Positions 7,138 to 17,533 are shown, counted from the stretch's first letter. The stretch is 36,410 nt of DNA from Candidatus Sericytochromatia bacterium (GCA_040400605.1 JBBAPZ010000027.1:1-36410), one strand, 5' to 3'. Program-made: numbers and translations. The notes: generated by a model not told the origin, from the sequence alone.

Positions 7138-9507
7138 ATGCCAAAAACAGTACAACGCCGAGCAAAAACCGGTGCAACTCGGGCCACGCATCGAAGGGCC
7201 GCAGCCGCGAGCACGCCGCAATCGTTGAACAACACGGCCAGAACCGTTAGGGCAACGATTGCAACAGATACACCGGTGCAAATCTATGACGATTTAGGAA
7301 ACGGCGAATACGGGTGGATCGACGAGGTATTGTTGCCCGCAGGCATGATTGAACCGCCAAAAATGCCGCTACGGTTAGATCATTGGAGCTATTCGAGCCG
7401 CAGCGTAATTGGACGCGTCACCGATTTTGAAATCACCGACACCGAAGTAAACGCGACGTTGACGTTTAGCCGTGCCGCCGACGTTGAAGAAATTTACAGC
7501 CGAGTTACCGAGGGTAACCTAGATTCGGTTTCCATCGGTGCAACCTACAAAATGGCCGACACAACCACGTTGCAACCAGGTCAAACGGCACGGTACGGGA
7601 AAAGCAAATACACCGCAGGCGACCGACCAATGCGGATTGTTCAGAAATGGAACGCGCACGAAACAAGCGTGGTAGACCAACCCGCAGACCCAAAGGCGGT
7701 TATTCGTTCGCAAATTCGGACAGCAAAAAACAACCGGCAACAATTGCCCGAGTTAATACCCGGCACTGGTGGGCCTATTTCAAACGAGGACAAAATGACC
7801 AAGACCACACGCAGGCAAGCAGCCCGCAGCAACGGCCCGAGCAATCAATCGAGCCGACCGACCAAAGAACGCCGAGCCGCACGGCAAGCAAAGCGTGCGG
7901 TGATCGCCACCAATGGCGAAGGGCCGGACACAGACACCGACGCAGGCGACGGTGAAGGCAACCAACAGGTTGCACGCCAACAACGCCCGAACGGACGCGA
8001 AGCGCTCGAGCAAGCCGACCGCCGAGCCGACGCACAAGCGGGCACCAATGCAACGCCCGACCAAATCGAGGCAGCACGCCAAGAAGAACGCGCGAGGGTT
8101 TCGAGGATCCGCGAGCTAGGCCAAGGCCAACCGGACGAAATCGTAACGCGTGCGATTAGCGACGGTTTAAGCCCCGAGCAATTCGGTTTGGCGGTTTTGG
8201 AGCGTTTACGCGGCCAATCCGCTGGACACCAAACGAGCCAAAGCGGCGACGGTGTAAACCGAGCCCCAGCGGTTCACCAACGGCGCGGTGCAACGGTTGA
8301 GTCGTTGCAGGCGGCGGTTTTGTTGCGTGCGGGTGTAAATCTCCAAAACCCCGTTTTCGGCACCGAGGCCGCCCGCGTGGTTCTCGAGCGCAGCGGGTGC
8401 GGTTGGTTGCACGCGTTTAACTCCGAGATTGGAAGCGATGGAAACAGCCAACTCGAACAACACATTGACATTGGACGCCGGTTTCAAGCCGATTCAGCCG
8501 CACGCACGTGCGAACGGATCCTAGGGCTAGCCGGTGAAAGCGATTCGGGCGACGTGGAGGAAATGGTTCAGCGTTCGTTTTCGACGCCCTATTTGCCACG
8601 CGTGTTTGGCGCCATTGTTTCGGTTGGATTGATCCAAGGATATGCCGAGTTTCCAGATTCAACCCTTGGTTGGACAGCCGAGGCCGATTGGGCGGATTTC
8701 CGAACCAATCAACCTATTGGTTTAGATGCGACCCAGGGCCTACGCCGCCACACACGTGGAACCGAGGCCAAGGACGTGGATTTCGCCGATTACGGCGAAG
8801 CCTACGCCGTGAGCCGTTACACGGGCCGTTTCGTTTTGGACGAAATGGACATTATCGACGATACCGTTGGGGCAAATCAAACGATGCCGCAACAAATGGG
8901 TCTAATGGCCGCGCGGTTGCGTCCAGATTTGGTTTACGCGGTGCTACAGGCCAACGGCAATTTGGGCGACGGAACCGCGTTGTTCCATTCAAGCCGTGGA
9001 AACGTGGTAACGACTAACCCGCTAACGCTGGACAATCTTGGTAAGGCCGAGCAAGCCATGGCCGCCCAAACCGTTAAGAGCAAATCAGGCGTTTCCAGGC
9101 CGCTAAATCTAATGGCCGGATTCTTGATTGTGCCCCGAGCGTTGCGACCGCTGGGTAAGCAAATCACCGCGTCCACGTTGGTGGTTAGCGGGAACACAAC
9201 CCAAGCCGGAAACGCCAACCCATTTAGCGGCGAATACCAACTCCGCAGCGATGCCCGGTTGGACGTTGGCGTGGTCGATCCGCGCACCGAAACCAAACTC
9301 GGCGGTTCGGCGACCACGTGGTACATTGCCGAGCAATCCGGCCAGCAAGCTATCCAAGTCGGTTACCGACGCGGCACGGGCCGAGCCCCGAGCATTCGCG
9401 TTCGACCGCTAACGCAACCAGGCCAATTCGGTATTGGTTGGGACATCGCACACGACGTTGGCGTGGGCGTTATCAAGGCCGCCGCAATGGTACGTTGCAC
9501 GGCGTAA
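7138..9507 (+). CDS. Prohead protease-scaffold-major capsid fusion
   Basis: PLRLDH..VIGRV, SVSIG, ETSVV..PADP protease motifs; low-complexity linker; capsid motifs DIIDD, ALFHSSRGN, FLIVP, DARLD. Confidence 0.9.
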   Translation: MPKTVQRRAKTGATRATHRRAAAASTPQSLNNTARTVRATIATDTPVQIYDDLGNGEYGWIDEVLLPAGMIEPPKMPLRLDHWSYSSRSVIGRVTDFEITDTEVNATLTFSRAADVEEIYSRVTEGNLDSVSIGATYKMADTTTLQPGQTARYGKSKYTAGDRPMRIVQKWNAHETSVVDQPADPKAVIRSQIRTAKNNRQQLPELIPGTGGPISNEDKMTKTTRRQAARSNGPSNQSSRPTKERRAARQAKRAVIATNGEGPDTDTDAGDGEGNQQVARQQRPNGREALEQADRRADAQAGTNATPDQIEAARQEERARVSRIRELGQGQPDEIVTRAISDGLSPEQFGLAVLERLRGQSAGHQTSQSGDGVNRAPAVHQRRGATVESLQAAVLLRAGVNLQNPVFGTEAARVVLERSGCGWLHAFNSEIGSDGNSQLEQHIDIGRRFQADSAARTCERILGLAGESDSGDVEEMVQRSFSTPYLPRVFGAIVSVGLIQGYAEFPDSTLGWTAEADWADFRTNQPIGLDATQGLRRHTRGTEAKDVDFADYGEAYAVSRYTGRFVLDEMDIIDDTVGANQTMPQQMGLMAARLRPDLVYAVLQANGNLGDGTALFHSSRGNVVTTNPLTLDNLGKAEQAMAAQTVKSKSGVSRPLNLMAGFLIVPRALRPLGKQITASTLVVSGNTTQAGNANPFSGEYQLRSDARLDVGVVDPRTETKLGGSATTWYIAEQSGQQAIQVGYRRGTGRAPSIRVRPLTQPGQFGIGWDIAHDVGVGVIKAAAMVRCTA

Positions 9508-9515
9508 CAATCCGT

Positions 9516-9569
9516 TGTGAAATGCCGTGGTGTGGGGTACACAGTCGACCACGCCACGGCGTTTTCACA
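9516..9569. promoter_or_regulatory. Long hairpin after the capsid gene
   Basis: TGTGAAA-TGCCGTGGTGTGG pairs with CCACGCCACGGCG-TTTTCACA. Confidence 0.6.
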
Positions 9570-9617
9570 GGGCTAACAACACACTCAGAACGTTTTTAGA
9601 TTGCATCGAGGGAAACC

Positions 9618-9965
9618 ATGGCAAACGAATTGGTTAGGGATCTAGGCGGTTTTTCAGGCCGCGAGGAATTTACCGCGACGGTGGCGGGCAAAACCGGCGA
9701 CATTGTGTTTACCGGAAGCGGCAAGGCCGCGATTGTTTGCGACACCGCAGACTATGCGATTGGGGAACGCGTGGCAGTTTCAACCGACGCGTTGGTGTTG
9801 GTCGATTCGGCTAGCGCTACCACGTTTGCCGCAGGTGCAACCGTCAATTGGGACGCGACCAACAAATTGGCCGTCGCAAGCGGAACCGCAGGAACCACCG
9901 CCATGGGCAAGGCCGAAAAGGCTAAGGTGGCCAATGAACTTAGCGTTTTGGTTCGTTTGAACTAA
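9618..9965 (+). CDS. Capsid cement/decoration protein (DUF2190-like)
   Basis: FAAGATVNWD...MGKA...VLVRLN; follows the capsid gene. Confidence 0.8.
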   Translation: MANELVRDLGGFSGREEFTATVAGKTGDIVFTGSGKAAIVCDTADYAIGERVAVSTDALVLVDSASATTFAAGATVNWDATNKLAVASGTAGTTAMGKAEKAKVANELSVLVRLN

Positions 9966-9994
9966 GGCGTAAGTAGGAGAGTGGAAGGGATCGG

Positions 9995-10025
9995 AAACGG
10001 CGGCGGGTAACCGTCGCCGTTTTTT
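9995..10025 (+). terminator. Rho-independent terminator
   Basis: AAACGGCGGCGG-GTAA-CCGTCGCCGTTT plus T run. Confidence 0.85.
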
Positions 10026-10062
10026 GTTGATACGAACAACGGACACAACGGAAACCAGAGAA

Positions 10063-10569
10063 ATGGCACATTTTGATTTGATCGCACGGCACCTACTCGG
10101 GATCGACGGGCAAGTAATACCGGCAGGCCAGGTGGTAGCCACAATCACCACCGACCTAGAAATCTCGGCGGTGATTTCCAGCACTTATTTTGGTGATTTG
10201 CAGGCCAAGCAATCCGGCGAACCGGCCAAACCTATGGCACCACCGCCGGATCATACCAAACGAGTGCGACGGGATCGCAAACAGGATCCCGAGCCGCAGC
10301 CCCCCGCGCTCGAGGATTCGCCCGCAGCCGTTGACCGCGACGAACTAAACGCCCAGCCCGACGAACAACCCGAGCCCGAGCCCGAACAATCGCCCGAACC
10401 GATTTGGTGGGATGGATTGCCCGAACGGATAGGTTCGGCCCTATCGGACGCGGGGTTCAAAAGTCGCAAGGCACTTAAAGAACATTTGCAAAAAGTCGGA
10501 ACGTTTGCAGACGTGGACGGTATCGGGAAAGCAGCCGAGAAAAAAATCGTTCAGTGGTTGGAGCAATAA
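10063..10569 (+). CDS. Protein with C-terminal helix-hairpin-helix (alpha-CTD/NusA-AR-like) domain
   Basis: LPERIGSALSDAGF...DVDGIGKAAEKKI after a P/E-rich linker. Confidence 0.65.
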   Translation: MAHFDLIARHLLGIDGQVIPAGQVVATITTDLEISAVISSTYFGDLQAKQSGEPAKPMAPPPDHTKRVRRDRKQDPEPQPPALEDSPAAVDRDELNAQPDEQPEPEPEQSPEPIWWDGLPERIGSALSDAGFKSRKALKEHLQKVGTFADVDGIGKAAEKKIVQWLEQ

Positions 10570-10572
10570 CCC

Positions 10573-10950
10573 GTGGGATACCACCAAGCCAACGCGACCA
10601 CCGCAGCCGTGAACCACGCCATTTGGTTTGGATCCACCGGCGTGCGTTGGCGTGCAAACGCCAATTGCAGTTGGGAAGAAATCCCAAGCGCGGTGGTGCA
10701 CGGTGAGTTTGTCCGGTGGGTAACCAAGGGAACCAACCCACAAACCAAGGTGAAAGCAATCCAACGCACGGTGTTTGTGACAGGTTTGACCGTTGCGATT
10801 CACTCGCAAATACAAATTGCCAATTGCCAACACACCTACACCGTGGTGGAATCGAACCAGCACGGCGACCGATTCGGGTTAACGTGCCAACGGGCAGATA
10901 CCGCAGAGATAACCAGGCCAAACTACCGCCACCCCATGGGGGGCCAATAG
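10573..10950 (+). CDS. Putative head closure protein
   Basis: Position, size and beta-rich pattern. Confidence 0.45.
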   Translation: MGYHQANATTAAVNHAIWFGSTGVRWRANANCSWEEIPSAVVHGEFVRWVTKGTNPQTKVKAIQRTVFVTGLTVAIHSQIQIANCQHTYTVVESNQHGDRFGLTCQRADTAEITRPNYRHPMGGQ

Positions 10951-10951
10951 C

Positions 10952-11473
10952 GTGGGGAACGTACTAACCGAGCCCGTTGAAGCGTTGGCCGCGATGTTTC
11001 GCGATTGTCGCCCGTTTGCCGATTGGTTGGGGATCCCTTGGAACGCAGCCGAAACGGCCCGTAGAATCTACGTGGACGGCATCGGAAACAATGGCGATGC
11101 CGAGACAATGAACGCCGAGCAATTGGCCGCGACCAGGCCGTTTTTGTTGTTGTACCCCGACCAACGGGGCTACCGATTCAAACGCGACGCGATGCCAAAT
11201 CGTTACAGCGGAAACGGGCAAATTTTGGCGGTGTTATCCCGCAGTTATGACGCAACCAAGAGCCACACCGACCATTGGCGGGAAATGGCCGACGCAGTTG
11301 GAAAGATCCTAAGCAACTCCGACCCAGCCAACCCAGGTTTAATGGAAATGGCCAATACCGCTGGGTATTTGGCGTTTGAACATTTGGACGTTTCGTTTAT
11401 TGGTCGGACACCACCCGAGAGCCTAATAGACTACGGGGACGCATACGACGTTTTATTGGTGTTTGAATACTAG
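10952..11473 (+). CDS. Putative neck/tail terminator protein
   Basis: Position in the morphogenesis cluster. Confidence 0.4.
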   Translation: MGNVLTEPVEALAAMFRDCRPFADWLGIPWNAAETARRIYVDGIGNNGDAETMNAEQLAATRPFLLLYPDQRGYRFKRDAMPNRYSGNGQILAVLSRSYDATKSHTDHWREMADAVGKILSNSDPANPGLMEMANTAGYLAFEHLDVSFIGRTPPESLIDYGDAYDVLLVFEY

Positions 11474-11482
11474 GGGTTAGCC

Positions 11483-11839
11483 ATGAATTGCGACGAAATA
11501 GGCCAACCACCCGCAGACAAAACGGCGACGATTTCCCGAGGGGACGACTACGCCCTATTGTTGGCGTTTAAATCCAACGACGTGGCAATCAATTTGACCG
11601 GTTGGAGTTTCGACGCCAGGTTTAAAAAAACCGGGCAAACCGACGTAGTTATGACAGCCACACCTAACGCGCAGGCAGGAACGGTAACGTTTTCAGCAAC
11701 CGACGCGCAAACCACCGCCATGGTGGGCGGTGCCAATAAAAACGATTTGGCCGGACGGTGGCAAATGGTGATAAAGGGCACCGACTCAAACGGCAACACC
11801 CGCAGGTATCTAACCGCAACCGTTTACGTGTTGAACTAG
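11483..11839 (+). CDS. Fibre adaptor-like (BppU-N-like) protein
   Basis: ISRGDDY...INLTGW...AQAGTVTF...YLTATVYV; precedes a fibre gene. Confidence 0.6.
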   Translation: MNCDEIGQPPADKTATISRGDDYALLLAFKSNDVAINLTGWSFDARFKKTGQTDVVMTATPNAQAGTVTFSATDAQTTAMVGGANKNDLAGRWQMVIKGTDSNGNTRRYLTATVYVLN

Positions 11840-11848
11840 GGGGCAGCC

Positions 11849-13141
11849 GTGGCCGATACGATTATTGACGTTACACCACCGCCGCCAATTGTGGTGGAAA
11901 TTGCCGCCGGTTATGGCGTACCCAACGGTGGTGGTGGGGGTGGAACCGTCACCGTGAACGTTGGATCTACAACCACGGGTGCCGCAGGATCCCAGGCCGC
12001 CGTAACGAACACAGGTACAACGCAAAACGTGGTGTTGGCGTTTGTGATCCCGAGGGGAGACACCGGGCCCGCTGGGCCACAAGGTGCGACCGGCCCGCAA
12101 GGTGCCCAAGGCCCAGCCGGGCCACAGGGTGCTACAGGCCCCCAGGGTGCCACAGGTGCGACCGGTGCCCAGGGGCCAGCCGGTAACGCAGCCACCATTG
12201 GGGTTGGAAGTGTAACCACCGGATCCGCCGGATCCAATGCGACGGTTAGCAACTCGGGAACCTCGAGCGCAGCGGTTTTTGATTTTGTGATCCCCAGGGG
12301 AGACACCGGGGCAACAGGTGCCCAAGGACCAACCGGGCCAGCAGGTTCTCAAGGCTTGAAGGGGGATACCGGACTGACGGGTGCAACAGGGCCTCAGGGT
12401 CCTCAAGGTTTGAAGGGAGATACAGGCAATCAAGGACCACAAGGGGTTAAAGGCGATACCGGCAATACAGGCCCACAAGGACCTCAAGGATTAAAAGGAG
12501 ACACAGGCGATCAAGGTCCCCAAGGTCCTCAGGGATTGAAGGGAGATACCGGTGCAACCGGTGCGCAAGGTCCTCAAGGAATCCAAGGTGCTACAGGTCC
12601 TCAAGGTAACACAGGTGCAGCCGGTCCCAATGAAGTCACGCCCGCGACGACAACAACGCTGGTTGGGTTGTTAAGTGCCAACGCAGGAAACGTCTCTGTA
12701 GCAACCATCGGAACGGGGCTCAGTTTCTCAAACAACACGTTTTCAGTCAGCGGTGTTGTGTTGACGACAACAACACAATCGATAGGTGGGGTAAAAACCT
12801 ATACCGATGCACTGGATCTCGAAGTACAGGCTCTAAGCGATCAAGCATCAATCACGATCGACTCAAGCCAAAGCAACAAATGGCATGTCACGCTCGCGGG
12901 TAATCGAGTCATGGAAAACCCGTCAAATCCGGTCGACGGGAGAATTTTGATTTTGCGCATTCAACAAGATGCCAATGGAGGAAGGACGATTACCTGGGGA
13001 ACTAAGTTCCGATTCAACGGCGACTTAGGCGCAGGTAACGTTGTGCTATCGACCACAGGTGGCAGTATCGATCGAATCGGTTTTGAGTATGTGGCCAGCG
13101 CAGATAGGTGGGACTGTGTTGCATTTATCAAAGGGAGCTGA
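11849..13141 (+). CDS. Collagen-like fibre protein
   Basis: Long G-X-Y runs; two TTGxAGS...FVIPRGDTG units; C-terminal [15 protein letters not shown] domain. Confidence 0.9.
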   Translation: MADTIIDVTPPPPIVVEIAAGYGVPNGGGGGGTVTVNVGSTTTGAAGSQAAVTNTGTTQNVVLAFVIPRGDTGPAGPQGATGPQGAQGPAGPQGATGPQGATGATGAQGPAGNAATIGVGSVTTGSAGSNATVSNSGTSSAAVFDFVIPRGDTGATGAQGPTGPAGSQGLKGDTGLTGATGPQGPQGLKGDTGNQGPQGVKGDTGNTGPQGPQGLKGDTGDQGPQGPQGLKGDTGATGAQGPQGIQGATGPQGNTGAAGPNEVTPATTTTLVGLLSANAGNVSVATIGTGLSFSNNTFSVSGVVLTTTTQSIGGVKTYTDALDLEVQALSDQASITIDSSQSNKWHVTLAGNRVMENPSNPVDGRILILRIQQDANGGRTITWGTKFRFNGDLGAGNVVLSTTGGSIDRIGFEYVASADRWDCVAFIKGS

Positions 13142-13143
13142 CT

Positions 13144-13614
13144 TTGGACACCAATAAATTAAAAGCAATAATTCAATCCGATCGTCAGTGCGTGCAACTG
13201 TTCGCGGATAATCGATTTGAGGAATGTGCAAAGCGAGTCACCGAGCTAGCTCCGCCGATTCGCAAGCAACTTCCTTTGAGTCAAATGGGCGTTCTTTCGC
13301 TCTACGAATCACAAATTGAAGTGGGCGAATTTGTTTTGCAAAGAATGGATCAAATAGCATTGGTTAATCCAGTGGTCAGACGGTTGTGGAAATTTATGGA
13401 TGCTGGGAGTGCAACGGAAAGCCTACCGGACTTTAGCGCACCTGGAATTCGAGCTGCATTGACAACCGACCAATCTCAGGGTGGATTAGGACTGACTTTA
13501 GAACAAGCAAAACCAATCCTCGACGCAGGGGAACAACCCGACGAAACTACACACGTCCAAATTTTCGAGCTAAAGGAACGCGAACAATGGCATCCGACAT
13601 ACGCCGCAAACTAG
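13144..13614 (+). CDS. Hypothetical fibre-associated protein
   Basis: TTG start after GGGAG, just past the fibre stop. Confidence 0.6.
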   Translation: MDTNKLKAIIQSDRQCVQLFADNRFEECAKRVTELAPPIRKQLPLSQMGVLSLYESQIEVGEFVLQRMDQIALVNPVVRRLWKFMDAGSATESLPDFSAPGIRAALTTDQSQGGLGLTLEQAKPILDAGEQPDETTHVQIFELKEREQWHPTYAAN

Positions 13615-14198
13615 GCGATTTTAACACCGTTATTGCGGGGCAAACGTTGGCCAATAATAGCACGTTAGCGCCCCAGTTGGTCGATTTACGACACGCCGAT
13701 AGTGCGGTTTTCCACGTGTTTATTGGCCGCCGCAACACAACGGCCCCAACCGCAGAGATGCGCGTGCAAATCCGCCGAACGTTAAACGACACCGTGGTTA
13801 TACCCGGGCGAACGTTTGACGTGAGCAACCAATTGCCAACGACCGCAGCCAATCAGACCACAACAACCCAAGCGCAAAGCGTTGGCGATACCACAATCGT
13901 AGTTACCAGTGCTACAGGTTTTGCCGTGGGTGACGTGATTTGTATATCAGCCGCAGCCGGTGGAACAGGCACGCACCAATGGGCCGATATTATCGCAATC
14001 AGTGGCACCACGTTTACACTGGCCGAGCCTTTAAAATCAGCGGTGGCGAGCGCCGACCGCGTGGCCAATTTCGGCACGTACATACCGCAAACCGTTGAAG
14101 GTGGGGACCAAATCCGCGTACGCGTTCGCAATGGTACCGGCCAGGAAATGGCCGTGGCGGTGTTTGTCGAAATCCGCAAAGGTTTTGAGGTGCCCTAA
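13587..14198 (+). CDS. Putative virion structural protein
   Basis: Beta-rich; VGDTTIVVTSATGFAVGDVICI motif. Confidence 0.65.
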   Translation: MASDIRRKLGDFNTVIAGQTLANNSTLAPQLVDLRHADSAVFHVFIGRRNTTAPTAEMRVQIRRTLNDTVVIPGRTFDVSNQLPTTAANQTTTTQAQSVGDTTIVVTSATGFAVGDVICISAAAGGTGTHQWADIIAISGTTFTLAEPLKSAVASADRVANFGTYIPQTVEGGDQIRVRVRNGTGQEMAVAVFVEIRKGFEVP

Positions 14199-14980
14199 TG
14201 AAACTCTGGGCGGCAAAAGATTACGAATGGGCGGAACAGAGGTGTTTGTTATTGGTCTGTCCGACCATAACGGGAAACACAAGCGCAGCGGTTTTAGATT
14301 CTAACCAAAAAACCAATAACCAAGGTCAATGGATCAATTCCAATAATGCGGCAACTGTATGGGCGGGAACCAATTTCGGAACAGTTATAAACGCCAACAA
14401 CATATCGGAACGAGTGGATTTTCCAAACATACCGCAAATCAATGATGGTGAGGTAACATTCTCAATTTGGTACTACACCGCAACAATTTCTGGATTGAAT
14501 ACACTCTTTAACAATTGGTCTAGTGTTGCAACTAGTGGAGGTTTTTATTGTTTTCGAAATGGAGCCACGATAGTGTTTCAACAGGAAAATTTGAACTTCA
14601 GAGTTACAACAGGAAACATTCTAAAAGCGGGGGCCTGGCATCATATCGTTTGCAGCAGAAGAAATGGTATTTCCGGCATGAGGGTTTATTGTAATGGTGT
14701 GGTCGATCCCGCATCGGCTACAGCGAGAGGAAATCAAACCTCGACACAACCGTTCAATCTTTTTGGTAGTTATGGCGGTACAGGGCCGGGGAACTGTCAA
14801 GTTGCCGAATTTGGAATATGGCACTACGGTTGGACGCAAGACAATGTCAACGCATATTTCAATGCAGGCATCAACAAGGTTTGGCAACGCGAACCGATTC
14901 GGCCCCGTTCCTATTTCGCCGAGTTGTTGACGATACCAAACCGCCGACGTTCGAGCCGTGCGTTAGCGTTCCCAGGGTAA
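14198..14980 (+). CDS. LamG/concanavalin A-like lectin domain protein
   Basis: TFSIW, GAWHHIV, RVYCNGV, VAEFGIW motifs. Confidence 0.8.
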   Translation: MKLWAAKDYEWAEQRCLLLVCPTITGNTSAAVLDSNQKTNNQGQWINSNNAATVWAGTNFGTVINANNISERVDFPNIPQINDGEVTFSIWYYTATISGLNTLFNNWSSVATSGGFYCFRNGATIVFQQENLNFRVTTGNILKAGAWHHIVCSRRNGISGMRVYCNGVVDPASATARGNQTSTQPFNLFGSYGGTGPGNCQVAEFGIWHYGWTQDNVNAYFNAGINKVWQREPIRPRSYFAELLTIPNRRRSSRALAFPG

Positions 14981-14990
14981 ACGGTAAGCC

Positions 14991-15485
14991 ATGGAAATAA
15001 GAGCTATCAAGATACGCGAACGCGGGAACGTACCGCGAAACATGGCCAAGCAGCACCGGCGGGCCAGCCGCGACGCCTATCAGCAAATCGCCGATATACA
15101 CCACCGCGAAAACACGCCCAAACGGTTCACGAAGGAACACGCCCAGGCCGCCGGATACCGCAAGCGTTCCGGCGAACAATTTACATTTGGATCCAAGGCG
15201 TTTTGGGGATCTTACACCGGGCGAAAACTACGCAAACACGGCCACACATTGCCGTTGGTGTTCACAGGTAAGACGCGCGAGCGTGCGCGCATGACCACCA
15301 TTACCGTTACCACGAATCGCGGCCAATTACGCTACGCGGTAAACGCCCTAAATTTCAATCCGTGGACGCGCGAGGAATTTACCCGTTTGCTACCATCGGA
15401 AATCGAAGCCTTGGGACAGCATTGGGACGCCACGTACAACAGGGTTTTGGACAGCGATTTGAACACCGGAATGCGGTTTATTTAG
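14991..15485 (+). CDS. Putative tail completion/neck protein
   Basis: Basic; PLVFTG motif; precedes the tail tube. Confidence 0.5.
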   Translation: MEIRAIKIRERGNVPRNMAKQHRRASRDAYQQIADIHHRENTPKRFTKEHAQAAGYRKRSGEQFTFGSKAFWGSYTGRKLRKHGHTLPLVFTGKTRERARMTTITVTTNRGQLRYAVNALNFNPWTREEFTRLLPSEIEALGQHWDATYNRVLDSDLNTGMRFI

Positions 15486-15494
15486 GATTGGAAC

Positions 15495-16409
15495 ATGCCA
15501 CACAAAGCACACGCGCTGAAAATCGGAGCCAATTGGATTGGCGGGATTGTTTCGCAGGCGTTCACCAACGCCCCGAGTATGCAAACCGAGCCGACCGCCG
15601 GTTCGATCTACCCGCTACAAACGTCCATTCAAGAAATCAAAGCGGGTTTTCGATTCACTAGCCACAACGTGGCATCGGCCCTAAGCGTGCTAGGGTTTTT
15701 AGGTGTTCCATTATCGGCCCAGGTGCCCGCCGAGTTGTACGAAATCAACTACGGGGACGACGGGTTCGTTGTCGCAGGATCCAACCACAGGAAAATCGCG
15801 TTTTCCACAGGCCGAGCCGTATGGCGCACACTCAGTTGTGGCAATCGCCAAGATGCCCAAATTGAAATTGAGGTTTTCGGGCTATCCCCCGACGGATCGA
15901 CCAACCCCGCCGTGTTTTCCGAGGGCGTAGCAGCCCCCGCAGCCGTGGACGACGCACGCCACACCATTGCCGCCGTGCAACTCGGTGGAATCGGCATGGG
16001 TTGCGTTACCGATTTGCGTTTGGAAAGCGGATTACAAATCCAATCCGACGGTTGCAAATCCGACGTTTTCGACACACGCATGGGCGTGCAATCGGTGGTA
16101 CCAAAAATTCAGGTTACCACGTTGGCCGCCGAGTTAGTTGGAAGTGCCTCAGGCAAAATCAATTTGCCAGGGATCGCGGCGACCCACGCCAACACGTTTA
16201 TCAAGCTACGCAAACGGAACAACAAGACAGGCACGTTTTTGGCCGATGCGACGGCACAGCACATTGTGATTACCGCCGACGGCATGGTGGTGCCAATCGA
16301 ACCGTTTAGCGCACAGAACAACGCCGACGGAAACACACGGTTTGAAATGACCGCGACGTTTGACGGAACCAACGCACCGTTTTTAATCAACGCAGCCTCC
16401 TCGCTCTAA
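15495..16409 (+). CDS. Putative major tail tube protein
   Basis: 304-aa beta-rich protein upstream of the frameshifting chaperone. Confidence 0.6.
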   Translation: MPHKAHALKIGANWIGGIVSQAFTNAPSMQTEPTAGSIYPLQTSIQEIKAGFRFTSHNVASALSVLGFLGVPLSAQVPAELYEINYGDDGFVVAGSNHRKIAFSTGRAVWRTLSCGNRQDAQIEIEVFGLSPDGSTNPAVFSEGVAAPAAVDDARHTIAAVQLGGIGMGCVTDLRLESGLQIQSDGCKSDVFDTRMGVQSVVPKIQVTTLAAELVGSASGKINLPGIAATHANTFIKLRKRNNKTGTFLADATAQHIVITADGMVVPIEPFSAQNNADGNTRFEMTATFDGTNAPFLINAASSL

Positions 16410-16412
16410 TCC

Positions 16413-16628
16413 ATGGCAGACAAAAAACCAAATCAGGAACCCGCACCCGAGCCGTTGGACAAACAGGCGTTGGCCCAAACCATCGCCAACAAAACGGGTT
16501 TGGGTGCCAAATACTTGGCCGACCAAATCGAGCATTTGGACGGTTGGCAAACGGTTAGCGGTATGGTCGAGAAAAATCAGTTTGACGAAATCCGCCAATG
16601 GATTTCGCCGCGTAACAAAGCGGTTTAG
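16413..16628 (+). CDS. Hypothetical protein
   Basis: ORF within the operon. Confidence 0.6.
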   Translation: MADKKPNQEPAPEPLDKQALAQTIANKTGLGAKYLADQIEHLDGWQTVSGMVEKNQFDEIRQWISPRNKAV

Positions 16629-16660
16629 CCCGCAACAATAACAAACACAACGGAACAAAA

Positions 16661-17407
16661 ATGTTTATGTACTACGCCCCCAAGGGGCCGGGGACACCGT
16701 TTGCGGTGCCACCACATTTGGCATACGCGTGCGACCGTGGGGCAACCTACCAAACACGCGAAGTTATGGCAGGGCCAAACGGAAGCGGGCCGGGTTGGTT
16801 ATTCCGTTTTTCTAACGGTGCCAAAGTCTATGATGACCGCGATTTAAAATGGGATAAGCAGGCGACCCTATGGGCACCGGTGTTTTCCGACAGCGGGCCA
16901 GAGTGCTACGTGGGCCGCTGGGTCGCCGATTCGTTGGATCCGTCCAAACTCGAGCGCCCCAAAATGCTAGACGGCCACCGCGTGATACTCGGGGACGGTT
17001 CGGTTTGGGTAGCAGCCGTGGCCCGAGGGTTCGACGTTGAAACGTCCAGGTATTACACCCCCCTACCCCGCACCCTAGGGTATGACGGCAAAACAGGTAA
17101 ATGGCGACCCTTAAAAGTAGCCAAGGAATACCGCAGGTTTTTGGAGTTGGCGATTTTGTACGGCGACGCGCACCAGGAAGCTGTGGCCGCCGAGGCGAAA
17201 ACGTTTGAGTTTGAACCCATCGACGAATTAGCCGTCGCAGCGTTGACGGCGAACTATCGAATTTCCCATGCCGAACTCAGTTTGTTTGAGGACGTGTACA
17301 CCGTGACGGCCCGCGACGCGTTGGTTCATTGTGCGTTGGATTTCCCAACGATACGCCGTTGGGTGGAAAAAAAAACAGAACCGGGCGACGGTGGGCCCGC
17401 TACTTAG
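16661..17407 (+). CDS. Putative tail assembly chaperone
   Basis: After the tail tube; ends ...EKKT over an A9 slippery run. Confidence 0.6.
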   Translation: MFMYYAPKGPGTPFAVPPHLAYACDRGATYQTREVMAGPNGSGPGWLFRFSNGAKVYDDRDLKWDKQATLWAPVFSDSGPECYVGRWVADSLDPSKLERPKMLDGHRVILGDGSVWVAAVARGFDVETSRYYTPLPRTLGYDGKTGKWRPLKVAKEYRRFLELAILYGDAHQEAVAAEAKTFEFEPIDELAVAALTANYRISHAELSLFEDVYTVTARDALVHCALDFPTIRRWVEKKTEPGDGGPAT

Positions 17408-17493
17408 TTTGGAAAGCCGCTATGGCCGCAGGGCGACCGCCCCGCGTTGCCGGAAGTTGGGCCGACCTCGAGGCGTGGTTGGCTGGTTGGTGA
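17368..17493 (+). other. Predicted -1 programmed frameshift and extension (NRTGRRWARYLVWKAAMAAGRPPRVAGSWADLEAWLAGW*)
   Basis: A AAA AAA at 17368-17374, downstream CGGGC/GCCCG hairpin, -1 frame open to TGA 17491-17493. Confidence 0.65.
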
Positions 17494-17533
17494 CCAATTG
17501 GGACACCCCACGGGCCCAAATTAGTTTGGTTGC

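Noticed and set aside
11849..14980. Diversity-generating retroelement acting on fibre genes
   Set aside because: No reverse transcriptase and no adenine-mismatched TR/VR pair seen
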